From positions 65,162,001 through 65,226,000 of the forward strand of contig OX597821.1 of NCBI GenBank assembly GCA_951406725.2: 64,000 bases of DNA. Reading direction: 5' to 3'. This document shows positions 40,707 through 55,474 of the stretch, one piece after another. The notes under the pieces are model-generated. The model did no database searches. It saw only the letters and a program-made list of their open reading frames with translations, and had not been told where the DNA came from. The DNA is from Octopus vulgaris. Lineage: Eukaryota. Positions within the stretch are counted from its first letter, which is position 1; the number at the start of each line of letters is the position of its first letter. The translations under genes and the position numbers were made by a program.

Positions 40707-43700
40707 GATATATATATATATGCGTGCAAAGGCAGGTAGATCTCTATATCTATATTGACAAATTTGTGGGTATATACATCAGTAATTTTTTAAATTTCTG
40801 TGCTTTTATGATTTCAAACACTTTACGTATTATGCTTGACTGAAAATACGCTCTAACAGTAAACAAATTCATCACTGCCATAATAAAAGAGGTGTTGTTT
40901 CTTCATTAGTTACACTGCTCTGTAGATTTCGAAATAATATCCAAACGTATCTTGTTTTGTCTTCCTCTTTTATTTGAAAATTTTTTAATGTAATATCATT
41001 CATTATCTAACATCACTTGTTTGCATTGCTGTGTGTTTAATAACTGACATAGACATATTTTTGAGAGATATGAGACTCTTCTTTACTGAAATATTTTATA
41101 GCTGATATGAGAAGGAGGATATCAAATTATTTGTGAAACATAATAGCTTATGCGACAAATGTACATACATACATATAGAAATGTGCGCTTATATATATTT
41201 ATATATATATGTCTGTGTGTGCGTGTGTGTGTGTATAATCTAATTATAATTATACAAGTGTAAAAGAACATATTTCAAATCTTGATTGCAGTAAAACAAT
41301 TACGTATTTTTAAAGCCGCCAAACCTAACATCATGTGAGTGGACAGCCGAAGGACTACAGTATTATAATCATAGTTAATTATTTTAGCTGGTTATTACTG
41401 CATTTATAAGTAGATTTCACAGTATCGTTTTTTGTGCAAAAATGAAACAAGTGAAACAAGTATTTAAATGTTTAATGCAATCTGTGAGGTAGGTTTCATG
41501 TGTGAATTCATAACATAATTAAATGTTAATTATCAATATATGATATAAGAATTAGTGTAACAAGAAATGATTACAGATAATATTGGGATGGTTTCAGAAA
41601 AAAATCGTTGAATTAAGCTACGTTATGGCTTTCAATGAAGTAAATGATATGAAATGTTAATTATATTTTAAAGACTATCGGTACGCGACGTAAGTTATCA
41701 GCTTAAAATAAAGAAAAGTTTTCTTAATATAATCTTTGGCTGATTAAAATAGTTTTTAACGAATAAATCTTAAACAAAAATGATTTTCCGATTTCTATAT
41801 AATATAACAATATAAGGGAAGTAATTTTGTGAACATAATGTCAGTAGAATAAATTGATGTGTATTAAAAACTTATATATAAATATAAAGCTTTATATCTA
41901 CAAGGGACTTGGTAATGTATATTTTAGAAAGGTTAACTTAATTTTAGTGAACTTCCAGTATGGAAAAAATAATCGAGATGAATCGCAACCATGTTAATTC
42001 GGTTCTAATATCTATAATTATCATGGCTAGTGGCAAGGGGATGCAATTTGTAAAGACAGCTAAGTACTGTGCATAATAGCAACTATGTATTAATTTCATA
42101 TTTCCGTATAAGGCAACGGATGTAATGGGAATTTGTGCAATCGATTTAATCATCATATAATTTATAATACCGTTACTTTATTTTAATTACCTCAGCGTAT
42201 ACGCAGCAAATCTGAGACTGGACAAGACATAGAAATTTACCAAAGTACAGTATTTGTCGAAATATAATTTTATCATCCACGATGATGCACTGAGCATTTG
42301 GGAAGTTGACACGCGGTGCTAAACAGAAAAATGTCAAACATAACATACAGGAATTCTATGATAACAGCAGAGAGGAGTTTGTTCTGAAGGTGAATATATA
42401 GGACAGTACAATTTTATAAATATCATCCATTCCCGAATTTCAAAAGCTCTATCATTGATCATTGATCAACTACTATTGGATGACCAGGATTCGTATGAGC
42501 CAGAATTTATATGAAGTTACCTGTTAGTAACCTGGCGTCGATATTTTCTCTCCGATAAACAATTAAATTTACCAAGGTAATGAGATAGAATATAAGCACA
42601 GCCGAAAGAGTAAATTTATTTAACAAGATGGTAATACTATTTCACAACATAACAAAAACGTGAATCGCCGAAAAATTCAATGAATAAATATATTTGAAAA
42701 TTGCGGATGGAATGTTCAAGTGAGGCGGGTGAGAAACTCTCAAGGGACAGTTGAAGGCCTTTAAAGAAGAAACGCACCTCACACTTTAAGGGGACAGGGC
42801 CGCATCCAGGTCATAACTCATTGGTGCCCTTCTTGTGACGATTTTAGCCACTTGGATATCGTAGCAATATGCTAAAGGAAAATTCTTCCTGAGAAATAAT
42901 TTTATTATCAAAGCATACAGAATTTAAGAATGCGTTTGTTTGCAAATGAATATCTCCTTATGGGAGCACAACACCTACTGACGTGAATTCGCCAGACATT
43001 GTTAGCAAGTTCAGAGAGATATTTTAGGAACCTTGGCACTAATATATTCTCAGGTAAGTTGCAGAGAGCCACTGCACATGCGCGCGAAAAGCGATTTGAC
43101 ATGCCAAATGGAATAGACTGGTAGAGTCTGTTATTTGTTTTTGTCAGTATCTCAACAATAACTCATACGAGAATTCATTGTGGTTCCAATTCATAAACAA
43201 TGGGAGCATTTTGTCTGCTGCCTGCTTAGCGTGCACAGAATTTTTTTTTACATCACGATGCTTAAAATTAGTCGTGGGTAAACTATTCCGCGCGGGACCA
43301 TCTGAATGGTACGCCAAACGATAAATCACCTTGGATTTTTTCAGTAGTATGGCCGCCTGTTGATGGGTTATGTTTCATGCGACCCGCTTCCCCAAAAGCG
43401 TTTCCATGTCTGGTTTACGTGTTGTTTTTATTGTCACCATCGTTGTTCTTTTCAGTATCGTTACTACTGTTATTGCTGTTTCGTTCCAGATTAACGCAGG
43501 GCAGGCAGGCTTATGGTCAAAGTATACTCTCTGTTTTTAGACATAATGTTCCTAGCATGACATTATCTAAATTCCTTTAAAACAGATTTGTATGATTCAA
43601 AGGAGATTTAGCCACTACTTATAGCATACGATAGATTGTGTTGAGGCCCCATCAGTTAGTTCTTCAATAGAAAATTGCTTTGCATTTCAATTCACCAAAG

Positions 43701-45671
43701 ATTTACCTCTGCTTTCTATTCATTCAATTGCACAAAAGAAATATCACATGTGCCACTAGATTTAGTTGTTCAAAACTTCATATTAATTGAGCTAGTATAT
43801 AAGATTTTACCTTAAATAAGAAACTAACCGTTCAGTTAAAACAAAGATTGTTCTTTGTGAAACCCATTCTATGGAAAGCACTACTAATTGATCATTGCTT
43901 TATAGTATGCCACTCGTTACGTTAGTCCTGACAATGGTTTAATATACCATTCAACCAGACAGATGCAATTTATCGTGATTTAGAATCGAATGTAAGAAAA
44001 CTTATTGGCTATTTTGTTGCCGTCTAGTCCCGTTAACACTTCAATGATAATGTCATCAAATTCTACAACTTTATTATTTGAAGAACGAGAATTTCACGCT
44101 TCCCGTTCGACAAATAGTAAATTGCCAGCGTTGATTGAGAGGTATGTTATCAACTGTAGTTTTAATTAGCCAGTGGTCAATTACTGGCGAATGACCAGCA
44201 CATTTGAGAAAGTAGCCATTCCATTACACCTAGTCGATGGCTTTCAAAGCGCTTCGCTATTTATCGTCTCTCTAAATAAATTCATTTATTGTAGCCTAAC
44301 AAAGACAGAGCCAGGTATTGTTCTGAATAATTTATACAACTCGTATTTCTATTATGTAACTCTCAATAATTACTTTCTTTGCTTTTATTGCTTTCCTCCT
44401 TGCTTTCGTCCATTATATCTTCAAATGCTATTGTTGTTTGCAAACATTGTTCTACTCTCTCTTTCTCCCCCCTCTCTCTCTTATTATTTTCTTGGGGTTT
44501 TAGCTACCTCTTGCACATTGTTAGCTGCCATCGACTTATCTTTGTTTCTTTGACAATACATTATTTATTTATTCGTATATTTATTTAGTTTTAGTTCAGT
44601 TTCCTTACATTAAGTTCTTGTGTCTTAAGCTGTTTGTTAGAAGAAACCAATATTATTGGCAGGGGTAGAGAGAAATAAATTGTACGTTCTATACTAATGC
44701 CAGCAACTAATTATAGTGTGTTCCTGCTTTCGGTTGTCTAGCTGTGCTTTGATTGTCAATGCTACTGGTCACTAAGTTATAAATCTACTTTATTGTCGTG
44801 TCTTCGTTAAACTCACTAACGGGGATTAAAATATCGATTCGGTTTTCGCTTATTTATCTATAGATATATTTATTTATTTGTTTTATTTATCACTGGAAAG
44901 GAATGGGGTTAGTTTTTACAATAATCGTTACCATGTGTTTTTGCAACTAACTGCTCTGACTTTGGAAACTAAAAAGAAAAACACTCGCCTTCCCAATTAT
45001 AGGATAAAAGGACTTAAAAGTACGAAGATCAGTAGACGGTAGCTATATATTTGATCTGTTGTTCTAAGATTAATAAGTGAGTGATTTGGAAATTATTTGC
45101 AGGAAAGATACAAAAACAACACTGCAGTAGCTACAGCAAAAGCAACAACAGCAATTACAATCACAAAAACAATGCAATAAATGATAACAGCATCAGTGAT
45201 AATAGCCGTAGTAGTAACAGTGATAAAAATGCTAACTACTAAATTTCGAACCTAATTACGCTTGTTTGAAACAACAAACATTTATCTTAATAAAACTATA
45301 AACATCCATTAATTTTTTTTTTTGTCTTTTGTTTGTGAATTTTTCTCTTGAGTTGCAGGTTGTTAGATCTGATTTGGGTATCTAAGTAACTATATTTTTT
45401 TTTTCTTTAAAACTAACTAAAAAGTATTTTATCTCCAACAAAATTTATTTGTATTTTTAAACGAAGGATTAGTTGAATTCAATCACGTTTTATTTATTTT
45501 CTTTCAATGGCAAGCAGAGACGGGACCAGAATTCAACAGCAGTCAGTGAAATACAGATTCAGACAACACAAACAAACAATTTTTCCAGTATCTTCCGGTA
45601 GCGAAAGAGCGCTACTCTCTGACATTTGCTCTGTCTGACATCCCTGATACAAATTCTGTTACACCAATATA

Positions 45672-46048
45672 CGTTTTTCCTCTAGGCACAAGGCCGGAAA
45701 TTTTAGGGAAGGAGCCAGTCGATTAGATCGACTCAGTATGCAACTGGTACTTAATTTATCGACCCTGAAAGGATGAAAGGGAAAGTCGGCCTCGGCGGCA
45801 TTTGAACTCAGAACGTAAAGACAGACAAAATACCTATTTCTATTTCTTTACTACCCACAAGAGGCTAAACACAGAGAGGACAAACAAGGACAGACAAAGG
45901 GTTTCAGTCGATTGTATCGACCCCAGTGCGTAACTGGTACTTATTTAATCGACCCCGAAAGGATGAAAGACAAAGTCGACCTCGGCGGAATTTGAACTCA
46001 GAACGTAGCGGCAGACAAAATACCGCTAAGCATTTCGCTCGGTGTTCA
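45672..46048 (-). mobile_element. SINE family A dimer with a 13-bp TSD
   Basis: TSD GTTACACCAATAT at 45659-45671 and 46049-46061. Confidence 0.9.
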
Positions 46049-46404
46049 GTTACACCAATATGAAATAACTATGAATATCAACTTTAGTAGCTACATACCA
46101 CACAACTCTTCCATCACAGCTTTTCTAATAGCATTTCGGCAACCTAGCCACCATTACAAGGCATAACGGCTCCTTGCAATGTAGTCGCTAATATATACAA
46201 ACAATGCATATTCTGTAAAAAAGACAATTAATAGAAAAAACAACGTAGCTTACGAAGCTGTACATTAATTAATTGAGTAATTATTTATTAATAAAGAATA
46301 TATTTTTAAATATATTTGGGCCTTTAACACATGTCAAACAACTGTGATTTCGAACAATTTGAATCTCATCCAAATTTGTTACCATTCATGGCACTTTGTC
46401 AGAT

Positions 46405-46453
<49 letters not shown>

Positions 46454-49400
46454 CATATGCATATATATGTGTGTTTAGATATAAATACATGCACACTCAC
46501 ATATATATAGATAGATAAATAAACAGACAGACAGGCAGTCAGACAATCGGATTGAGAGAGATGGCGAGGAGATGCCTTTGTGATGCATATTTTGCTAAGT
46601 TTGTGCCAGATATGATCCCAGAAGAGAGAAGACTACTTCTAATGTATTTAATCTAAATTTCATGAGTATTTATTAATGATTCGTTTTAATAGACAACAAG
46701 TGAGCCACAAAGTCCATTGCCCAGACCTGTTAGAAATAGTAACCAGATTTTCCTCAAATCACATCTCATGATTTTAATCGGGAAACGACACATTAGACAA
46801 TGTTGCTGTAAAAACGTAACAGGAGGGATGATTACAAGTGGAATATATTTGATCAAAAGTTTTCTCGAGCGGAGCACATCTTAAATAAATCATCAACTTT
46901 ATTTCTTATCGTGTCCGACGATTGGTAGAAGTTTTCGTGGAGAGTCGCCAAGTAACTACTCAGTTTTTGGCCTCTACTCTTAGTCGATTTCGAGAAAGAG
47001 AAAGCGTTGAGAGAGATAGGGATCAGAGAAAAAGAGAAAAAACAGTCCTGTACATTATTCACTTACTATGGACAAACACAAGTACCTCAAATGCCATTCG
47101 GCATAAATTCTCGATTTACTAAAATTATCTCCGCCTGTATGGGGTATATACTAATTACGTAATATTAAGAAAGACAAAGAAGAAGGGATAATCTCAAGAA
47201 TGAAGAATTCTGCAAAATTGAAAGGTTGAGCTCATGAAGGACTGCGTACGGGCTTGTCTTTCGGTTCGTTTGCGTTTTATTATTGCAGTTGTTACCATTT
47301 CTTTAATTATTTTTAGAGTATACTGGAAACTGGCCAAATTTTCTTCCTTATTCAAGTGTAAATAATATCTACTGTAAAATATAGAGGGAAAACCTTCCGA
47401 AAATCTACGATCATGTCGTTCACTTTTTACAAGCAGACAAGGTAAAAGAATTGTGCAGTTTCTGATATTGTAGCATTTATCAAAATGGTAGACATTCGCC
47501 TCAGGAAGTCCCCGGGTTGATCTGACTGTGTGGCATCTAGTGTAATTGTCTTTTAACATAGATTCGAGTCAAGTCGTATTTTGTGAATGAAATTAGGTAG
47601 ATTGAAATTGAGTAGAAACCTGTCCGATAGACTGAACCTGTCGTACATTATGTCACATCGATTCTATCCTGGAATTATTTTGAGAAATTCAATTGTGCGG
47701 AATGATCAGTCATTTACAAGCAACTTCTATGACCAAGTAATTTACTTGGTCGACACATGAAAGTTCTTGGTCAAAAGCAGTGGAGATCCATTTTACATTA
47801 CATTTCAGTTATTTACAGAAATGGAAGAGCTGCAAATAAAACACATTTAATACGTGGATATGAATGTCTATATACAGTGGGCTTTCGAAATAATAGTCCT
47901 CACCTCGTAATTTATAGTATAAGTTTTAAAACACGAACCTATGGAAAGCAAAATTAGCAAACTTTTCTTTTTATCACGAAGTAACAAAAAGAATTCGACA
48001 AGTTTTATCGTTATTTCAAATTCATTCAAATCTGACAAATACAAATAATGTGTCGTGTTAATCCAGCAAACTTCCTTCACGAATTTAATAATTCTAAATT
48101 GCTGTTCATTGATCCTGGACAACCAGATGAACTAACAATAACGTCAACAACAACAATAACATTAAATTAGAAAATGCGTCAACAAAACTAAGCAGGGAAT
48201 TAAATGACAAAATACTAAATAACTAAAGGAAAGTAGGAAGAAGTACAAGAATAAAATCTATACAAAATACATTTGAATAAAAAAAAAGTGTAGAAAACGA
48301 AAAAATAAAAGTGAAATCGCCAAAGCAGATTTTGAAAAGTAGTAAGAAAGCAAAAGAACATTATAGTTGCATAAACAGCAATGACAAAAACGGAATCCCC
48401 ATTGATGCCAAATGTGATAAAAACGAGAATGATGCAAGCATAATGGAAACAAAACCTTGGATAACGAGAAGATTACAATTAATGTCTAATGTAGAAAGAA
48501 CATTTGTAACGCAGACGATAAGGCTGGAAACGCCTTCATCTTAGTTAATTCTTTTCATTGAACATATTTCTTCTTTCCTTAAAACCATGTCTTTGATTCT
48601 AATCACAATAGTACAAAACTCTCCCTTGCTTAATCCCATCATTCTAACTAAACATTCTTGTTATTAATCGCAGTTTTGCATCCATTAAACAGCTGTTATC
48701 AACAACGCTAATGTTTTTTTCTCTTACTAACCCTTACATTGCGAATGTAATTAGCATTTCTTAACATTTGCATGTTTATTGATTGATACACACAGAAAAT
48801 ATTTCGTTAGCATAGCAACAGGTTTAAACGTGAGAAATATGGACACTTGTTGGTGCCACATTACTTAATTTGTCTGTCTGTCTTAACAAACGGAAGCTAA
48901 GAGATATATATGTAATCTGAAATCACAAAATGCCAAACGACTGAAAACGGCAACAAAGTATTTCCTACGTGTTACCATATGAACAACTTTAATATATACC
49001 AAAAGAACCATTTTAGCTTATATAGCATGCAGGAAATTAGAGTGTGATGCATCCGTGTTGATTCCAATGTTATTAGCTACATTAATAAAATGGCTTCGAT
49101 AGTGAATTTAATCCATGCCTTAAAAAGAGTTAATTTCTTGTTCTTAACTTATAACATAGATTCATTTTTCTGTTGTTACTATTTAGCCCCGAATCTCTTC
49201 CGGTTTAGTCAAATGGTGACCACTGCCGTAAATAGATGCAACAGTGATATGATTCATAACAGAAAATTTACGACAAGCTGTCAAGATGGTCACGTGTAGG
49301 AATCACCCCGAAACACTGATTGGTAGCTCTGAAGATAAACACTTTCGCTTCTTACATTCATATCAGTTTCACTAGAAGAAAAGAATTGGAGGCGTAGAGG

Positions 49401-49595
49401 GAGATGCAAAATTCCAGCGAATTTTCTGGCAGTAGGGTGAAGATGGTGAACCTGTAAGTCAAGGAATTTGGTTGGCTGAAGGAATATATCCATGGTAATC
49501 AGTATAAACCTTGATCAGTGAGACTCCCTATTTAACATTAGGTGATTGGCTCATTATTACAGGACTTCTTCCATGTTGATTTTTATATTATTATA

Positions 49596-49990
49596 TCTTT
49601 ATATATAAAAGTAAGGTTGTGTGTCTGTCTCCTACGATTTAGATTCCTAACTACTCCCACATTTTGCGGTGCAGTTTAACCAAAACAGGGTATCTTATAC
49701 TCGTGATTCATATCGAGCCCTTCTGGGTATTAGCGCGCGTCTGCGATGGGTCTACGATTTTAAAAATAATTTACCATCATTTTTTCCATTTTAATGCATT
49801 TTTTCGCTATTATATAAGGGAAGTAACTCTCTAAAAATGTCTACGATGAGTCAACGATTTTAAAAAAAATTTACCATCATTTTTTTCCATTTTTAATGCA
49901 TTTTTTGCTAATTTTTGGCTATAACTCTCTAAAAATGCTTATATAGTTATTTCCCTTACAAACCCGAGCAACGCCGGGCGATACTGCTAG
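49596..49990 (+). mobile_element. Non-autonomous Helitron
   Basis: Inserted A|TC...CTAG|T; subterminal hairpin CCCGAGC-AAC-GCCGGG; internal ~100-bp tandem duplication. Confidence 0.85.
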
Positions 49991-50585
49991 TAATTTATAC
50001 AATAACTAGCTTTGTATTACCCATCATATTAATTATATAGCACCGTCAATAATCTAGTGCGAGATAAGCCGGGTCAGAATGAAAAACAGAATGATTTTGT
50101 ATTGAATATCTCTGATAATCGGGCTTCTTATTTAAAGCTGAACTAGACAAGTACTAGACAACCACTTCAACACTTGCTGCCTATACTTCATTTAAACGTA
50201 AATTCTTTGTTTAGAGAAATCAAACTGCGACAATATTTTGATAAAATTGCTGAATAATAAAATAATAGACTTCTTATTCATATATTCCATCCGTTAATAT
50301 TAATATTAGCGAACTGAATAAAATTATCGTGTGTTTCTTCTTTTGTTTTTCGTACCGCTTCCTGTTCTGTTCCAATTTAATTTGCAATTCCAAAATAAAG
50401 AATTATATGAATGAATAACTGTTAAACTAATTCTAAAGTTCAATTTTACTAAATAAAAGACAGATTCAGAAAAAAGAAACAAAAACATTATCCAATAAAA
50501 CTTTTTGTTGCGCAGTATGTGAATTGTCTAGTCCCAAAATAGAAGAGAAAACTAGTTTATCACGAGTTAAGTTGATCATATACTG

Positions 50586-50641
<56 letters not shown>

Positions 50642-50748
50642 GTATGTGTGTATGTGTGCATGTATGGAGAGACAATAAGACGCACGCGCACGTACACACA
50701 TACCATAGAAATATACACAATATATATGCATGTATATACATATATATA

Positions 50749-50795
<47 letters not shown>

Positions 50796-51149
50796 GAATA
50801 TATACATAAATATATGTACGCATGCTTGCATGCATGTATGTCTTGTCATGCTTATAGTTGCATATCTACACATGCTCATATATACTTATATATATGTGTG
50901 TGTGTGTGTGTGTGTATTATGTACGCAACGAACATAAGACAAGTTAATGAAAACTGGATGTAAAATATTCAAGTTCTAGGTTTAGCCAAAATTTGATCTT
51001 CTCAGCTCCGGAAGTTACGTTACAACCATTAAATCTTGAACGCTGAATGAGTGAGATGTACTCTTCATCATGTAGAACAAATGTACACACAAACCGGACA
51101 AACAAACACACAGACAGTCAGATTGAGAGACAAACAGATAGATTGTTGT

Positions 51150-51595
51150 GCATGCTCCTCATGCACAACTGATGAATTTTTTCGACATTTCTTGTGGGGT
51201 GACGTTCGTAGAAGACCTTCCAGATCGCTCAACATTTTCCAGGGACTTCTTCCACGTTTAAAGCGCCCATGCTACTCAAAGCATGATGTACGACCCATTG
51301 CCTCGTCGCTGTAATCTAGCTGAGATATGCTCGATGTCTCTGCAGCATACTTGCCAAGTTTAACGCAAAGTTTCACGTTGGCTTTTTGTTCCTGTCCATG
51401 ACAAAATCGCGAACTACAGCATACACGTGATTACAAAAACACAAATTACACAGCTTGTGAAGTAAACACAGCTACGCCACTCGGCACACTGTCTCATGAA
51501 GGTCACTGATAGCTCTGATTGCGCACGCAACACTGTGCTTCCTTCTGTTAACGCGCTACAGAACTATTCTAGGAACATTTTTATACCAACTCGTA
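51150..51595 (-). mobile_element. Mariner relic: one TIR and transposase N-terminus
   Basis: Minus-strand end TACGAGTTGGTATAAAAATGTTCC; ERSGRSS..ENVEKIHQL remnant. Confidence 0.65.
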
Positions 51596-52411
51596 TATAT
51601 ATATAGAGAGAGATAGAGAGAGGGAGAGACACACACACACACACGACAGGCTTCCTTTAGTTTTTATCTACCAATCTACCAAATCCACTCACAAGTCTTT
51701 AGTTGGCCTTTGGCTAGAGTAGAAGGCACTTGTCCAATATACCACAGAGTACCACTGAACTCAAAACCACGTGGTCCGAAAATGCAGTTCTGATCACATA
51801 ACCATTCCTACATAAAATGCAAAATCATTAATTGAATAACGATCTCGATGATTTGCATAGAATTAAATGTTCCTCATTTTATATGCTACGTGGTGCATGC
51901 TGGGTGAAAATAAGTGGAGAATGTTTGAATATAAAATCCCAAAATATGACATGACAGTATTTGTTACTGACGAATTTTACTTTCGAGAGCTGAGAAAAGG
52001 GAAAATGCAAAAAGAAGGACAGGCTGTTTTATTGAAATGGCGGCCTGAGATTTTTTTTTTTTACCAATTGGACAGAAATAATTTTAATTATATATTAGAA
52101 AGCTCAAAGTTCTCTGATCGTCTGCAAAGTTTGTATTAAAATTAATATCAAATTTAAATTAGATGATATATGTAAGCAAATGTAAAGATAATTTATATTA
52201 GTACAAAGAAAATATTCAATTTAATTTATACTGTTTGGGAAAAAGTGCGATAAATTTCTGTAACATACCCACAATAACGCCGATGGCAATTAGTGTTTAA
52301 TAAACAATTTTTATTCCCTTTCCTTATACAATATCGTATGAAAACGCATTAAAGAATACATAGAATATTTATATACTTAACCATCTAAAACATAATTACT
52401 CTACACTGTAT

Positions 52412-53016
52412 TCTTTTCTACTCTAGGCACAAGGCTCTAAATTATGGTGGAGGAGGGCCAGTCGATTAGATCGATCCCAAGTACGCAACTGGTAATTTAT
52501 CGACCCTGAAACGATGAAAGACAAAGTCGACGGGATTTAAACTCAGAACATGAAGACAGACGAAATATCGCTAAGCATTTCGACCTGCGTACTAACGTTT
52601 CTTATTTCTTTATTGCCTACAAGGGGCTAAACGTAGAGGGGACAAACAAGGACAGACAAAGGGATGAAGTCGATTAAATCGACCCAGTGCGTAACTGGTA
52701 CTTAATTTATCGACCCCGAAAGGTTGAAAGGCAAAGTCTACCTCGGCGGAATTTGAACTCAGAACGTAACTGCAGACGAAATACCTATTTCTTTACTACC
52801 CCAAGGAGCTAAACACAGAGAGGACAAACAAGGACAGACAAACGTATTAAGTCGATTATATCGACCCCAGTGCGTAACTGGTACTTATGTAATCGACCCC
52901 GAAATGATGAAAGGCAAAGTCGACCTCGGCGGAATTTGAACTCAGAACGTAGCGGCAGACGAAATACCGCTAAGCATTTCGCCCGGCGTGCTAACGTTTC
53001 TGCCAACTCATCGCCT
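52412..53016 (-). mobile_element. SINE family A trimer
   Basis: Three core units with the recurrent tail-to-head junctions. Confidence 0.88.
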
Positions 53017-54353
53017 TATAATAACTCTACGCTGTATTGTTATAATAAGCTATTATATTTGCGCTGTAATATATTATACTCTGGTATGCAAAAACAAATT
53101 ATTTTCAAAATGAACCAAAATACATATAAAGCATTACACGTGAATTACACACGCTTCTTTATTTTGAAGGAATGATCTAAAAACCCTAATAAGTCAAATT
53201 AATATTTTAAAAATTATATCAACTACATTATTGAAGCTTTTTTTTTTTTTCTTTGCAATACTGCGATTTCTGTAAGTTTACTACACTAACCGCCTGGTTA
53301 ACTTCACAAGGCTTCTGCAACTAAAAATTGCATCTATGGGGAAAACTCTATACACCAAACTGCAACTACTACAGAGTACTCAACAATAGTTTTGAACTTT
53401 AAAAACTGGTTTATTTGAAAGTTAAAATAGTTTAAGCTGATTGTACTGCCAACTAGGTTATATTTTCTGAAACGTACACTCACACTTTGTTGAAATAAAG
53501 TCAACAGTGAACATAATGCTTATTAATACACGCCAACAGCCATAGCTTTTCTAATAGTACATCATATAACTTCCTCACTTTGCGATAATATTTCTGAGGA
53601 AACTATTACAGGGAATGAATCTACTTGTTTGATTATGATACATATGCAATTTAATTTAATACTTTAAACCAGGATAAAGTATTTGCTTACAAGGTTATTA
53701 TATATATTTTCCTGAAGCCTTCCAACAAAGAATTTATACCTTCCAACTACAAATTTATCTTGAACATATTTCCTAGTAATCAAGATTCGTTAATTTTATA
53801 TTATTACGATGAGCCATTTAAAATTTAAGTAATTAACTCAAAACAAGAACTTTATTCGAAATTATTCAGTGATATTTTCCCCATATACAACTACTGATAG
53901 ATTTAGTCTAGACTTTCGAATTTTAACTAATTACATTTTCTTCATTATTTTCATCAATATTGTATTATGTTACAATCTTTCATTATCTAAGTTTTCGTCA
54001 AATCTTTTCTCTTCATGCAATTAAATGTGAACATTTATATTTCATGTACATTAAATGAAATTATAATAGTGCGATTTCCATTCCACTCCATTCATCCAAA
54101 TAACTACATTTAATTTACATAAATATTTTGTATCAATTTGACATAGTCGTGTGGTAGTCCCTGTCTACTAAATTACTAAATCCACTCACAAAGCTTTGGT
54201 AGGCTTGAGGCTGTATTAGAAGGCATCTACCCAAGGTGCCACAGTCTGGGATTGAACCCAGAACCCTGTGGCTGGAAGCAACTTTGCTATCAGACAGGCA
54301 CACCTGCACCAATAGTAAAATTATGTATATATGTATGTATGTATAGCCATACC

Positions 54354-54399
<46 letters not shown>

Positions 54400-54400
54400 C

Positions 54401-54431
<31 letters not shown>

Positions 54432-54663
54432 CATATATACATATATATACATATATATATATGTGTATGTATGTATGTGTGTATATATATGTATTATTAT
54501 TTGAGCATAAGAGTGTTCCTTGATTTTCAGTGTATAAATGGCGACATATCTAACACCTTATACGAATGAAAACTAAGTTTCACATCACTCTGTAAATTTA
54601 CCTGGTCAGATGAGCTTACATATCTCTATATATAAAATTTATTATAAATTCATAATATATACA

Positions 54664-54818
54664 GTAACAAGTTTTTGCCAACCTAATGTGGCAGTTCCAT
54701 CTCGGAGCGAATGCAACTGTTGTTTAATACCAGGAGACATAGTTTCCTGGGGCTAAATATCAGTAGTATTCGCCCCAAAATGGTACTGCCACATTAAGTT
54801 GACAAAAAAATCGTTACT
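54664..54818. repeat. Short imperfect fold-back related to the outer ends of the 15546 element
   Basis: GTAACAAGTTTTTGCCAACCTAATGTGGCAG / CTGCCACATTAAGTTGACAAAAAAATCGTTAC; TCCTGGGGCTA..CAGTAG shared with 15918-15941. Confidence 0.65.
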
Positions 54819-55318
54819 TTAAAGTACTGCTATTGCATATCTCCCGCTGAAAAATTTAGGAACAACAATATTTCATAATATATAGTCTTAACACAACTCA
54901 GTCGCTGTTGTTCAAAACCAATGCCTTCTCTTACACGTTGCTTACATTGTCAATGAATAGATTTCCTACAGAGACAATGCTTACATAGACAAGCGAGTTT
55001 CTTTCTATTTTACAACACCTATTGTTACTCTGAATCTTATTCTAAGATTTATACCAACCACCAAGTTATCGGTGCTTAATTTTCATAATACTACACTTGC
55101 TGCATATTGCTTTTACTATGTACTTATGGTTAACCACATATGTTTTATTGATTTAAAATTATCGTATACAAGACAATGCTCGTTTCTATAATATGAGCCT
55201 GTACGACAACTATGCGGCACGATTCCTTTTAATTGACGTCTAGGTTATTTTCTTGATATAGGACTTCATACGTATTAACGTGATTACGTGTAGGTATATA
55301 TGTACGTGTATATGTGAC

Positions 55319-55458
<140 letters not shown>

Positions 55459-55474
55459 GATAGATAGATAGATA

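Noticed and set aside
52412-53016. Regularly spaced repeats resembling a CRISPR array
   Set aside because: Units are ~180-bp SINE multimers with no unique spacers; eukaryotic context with no cas genes.
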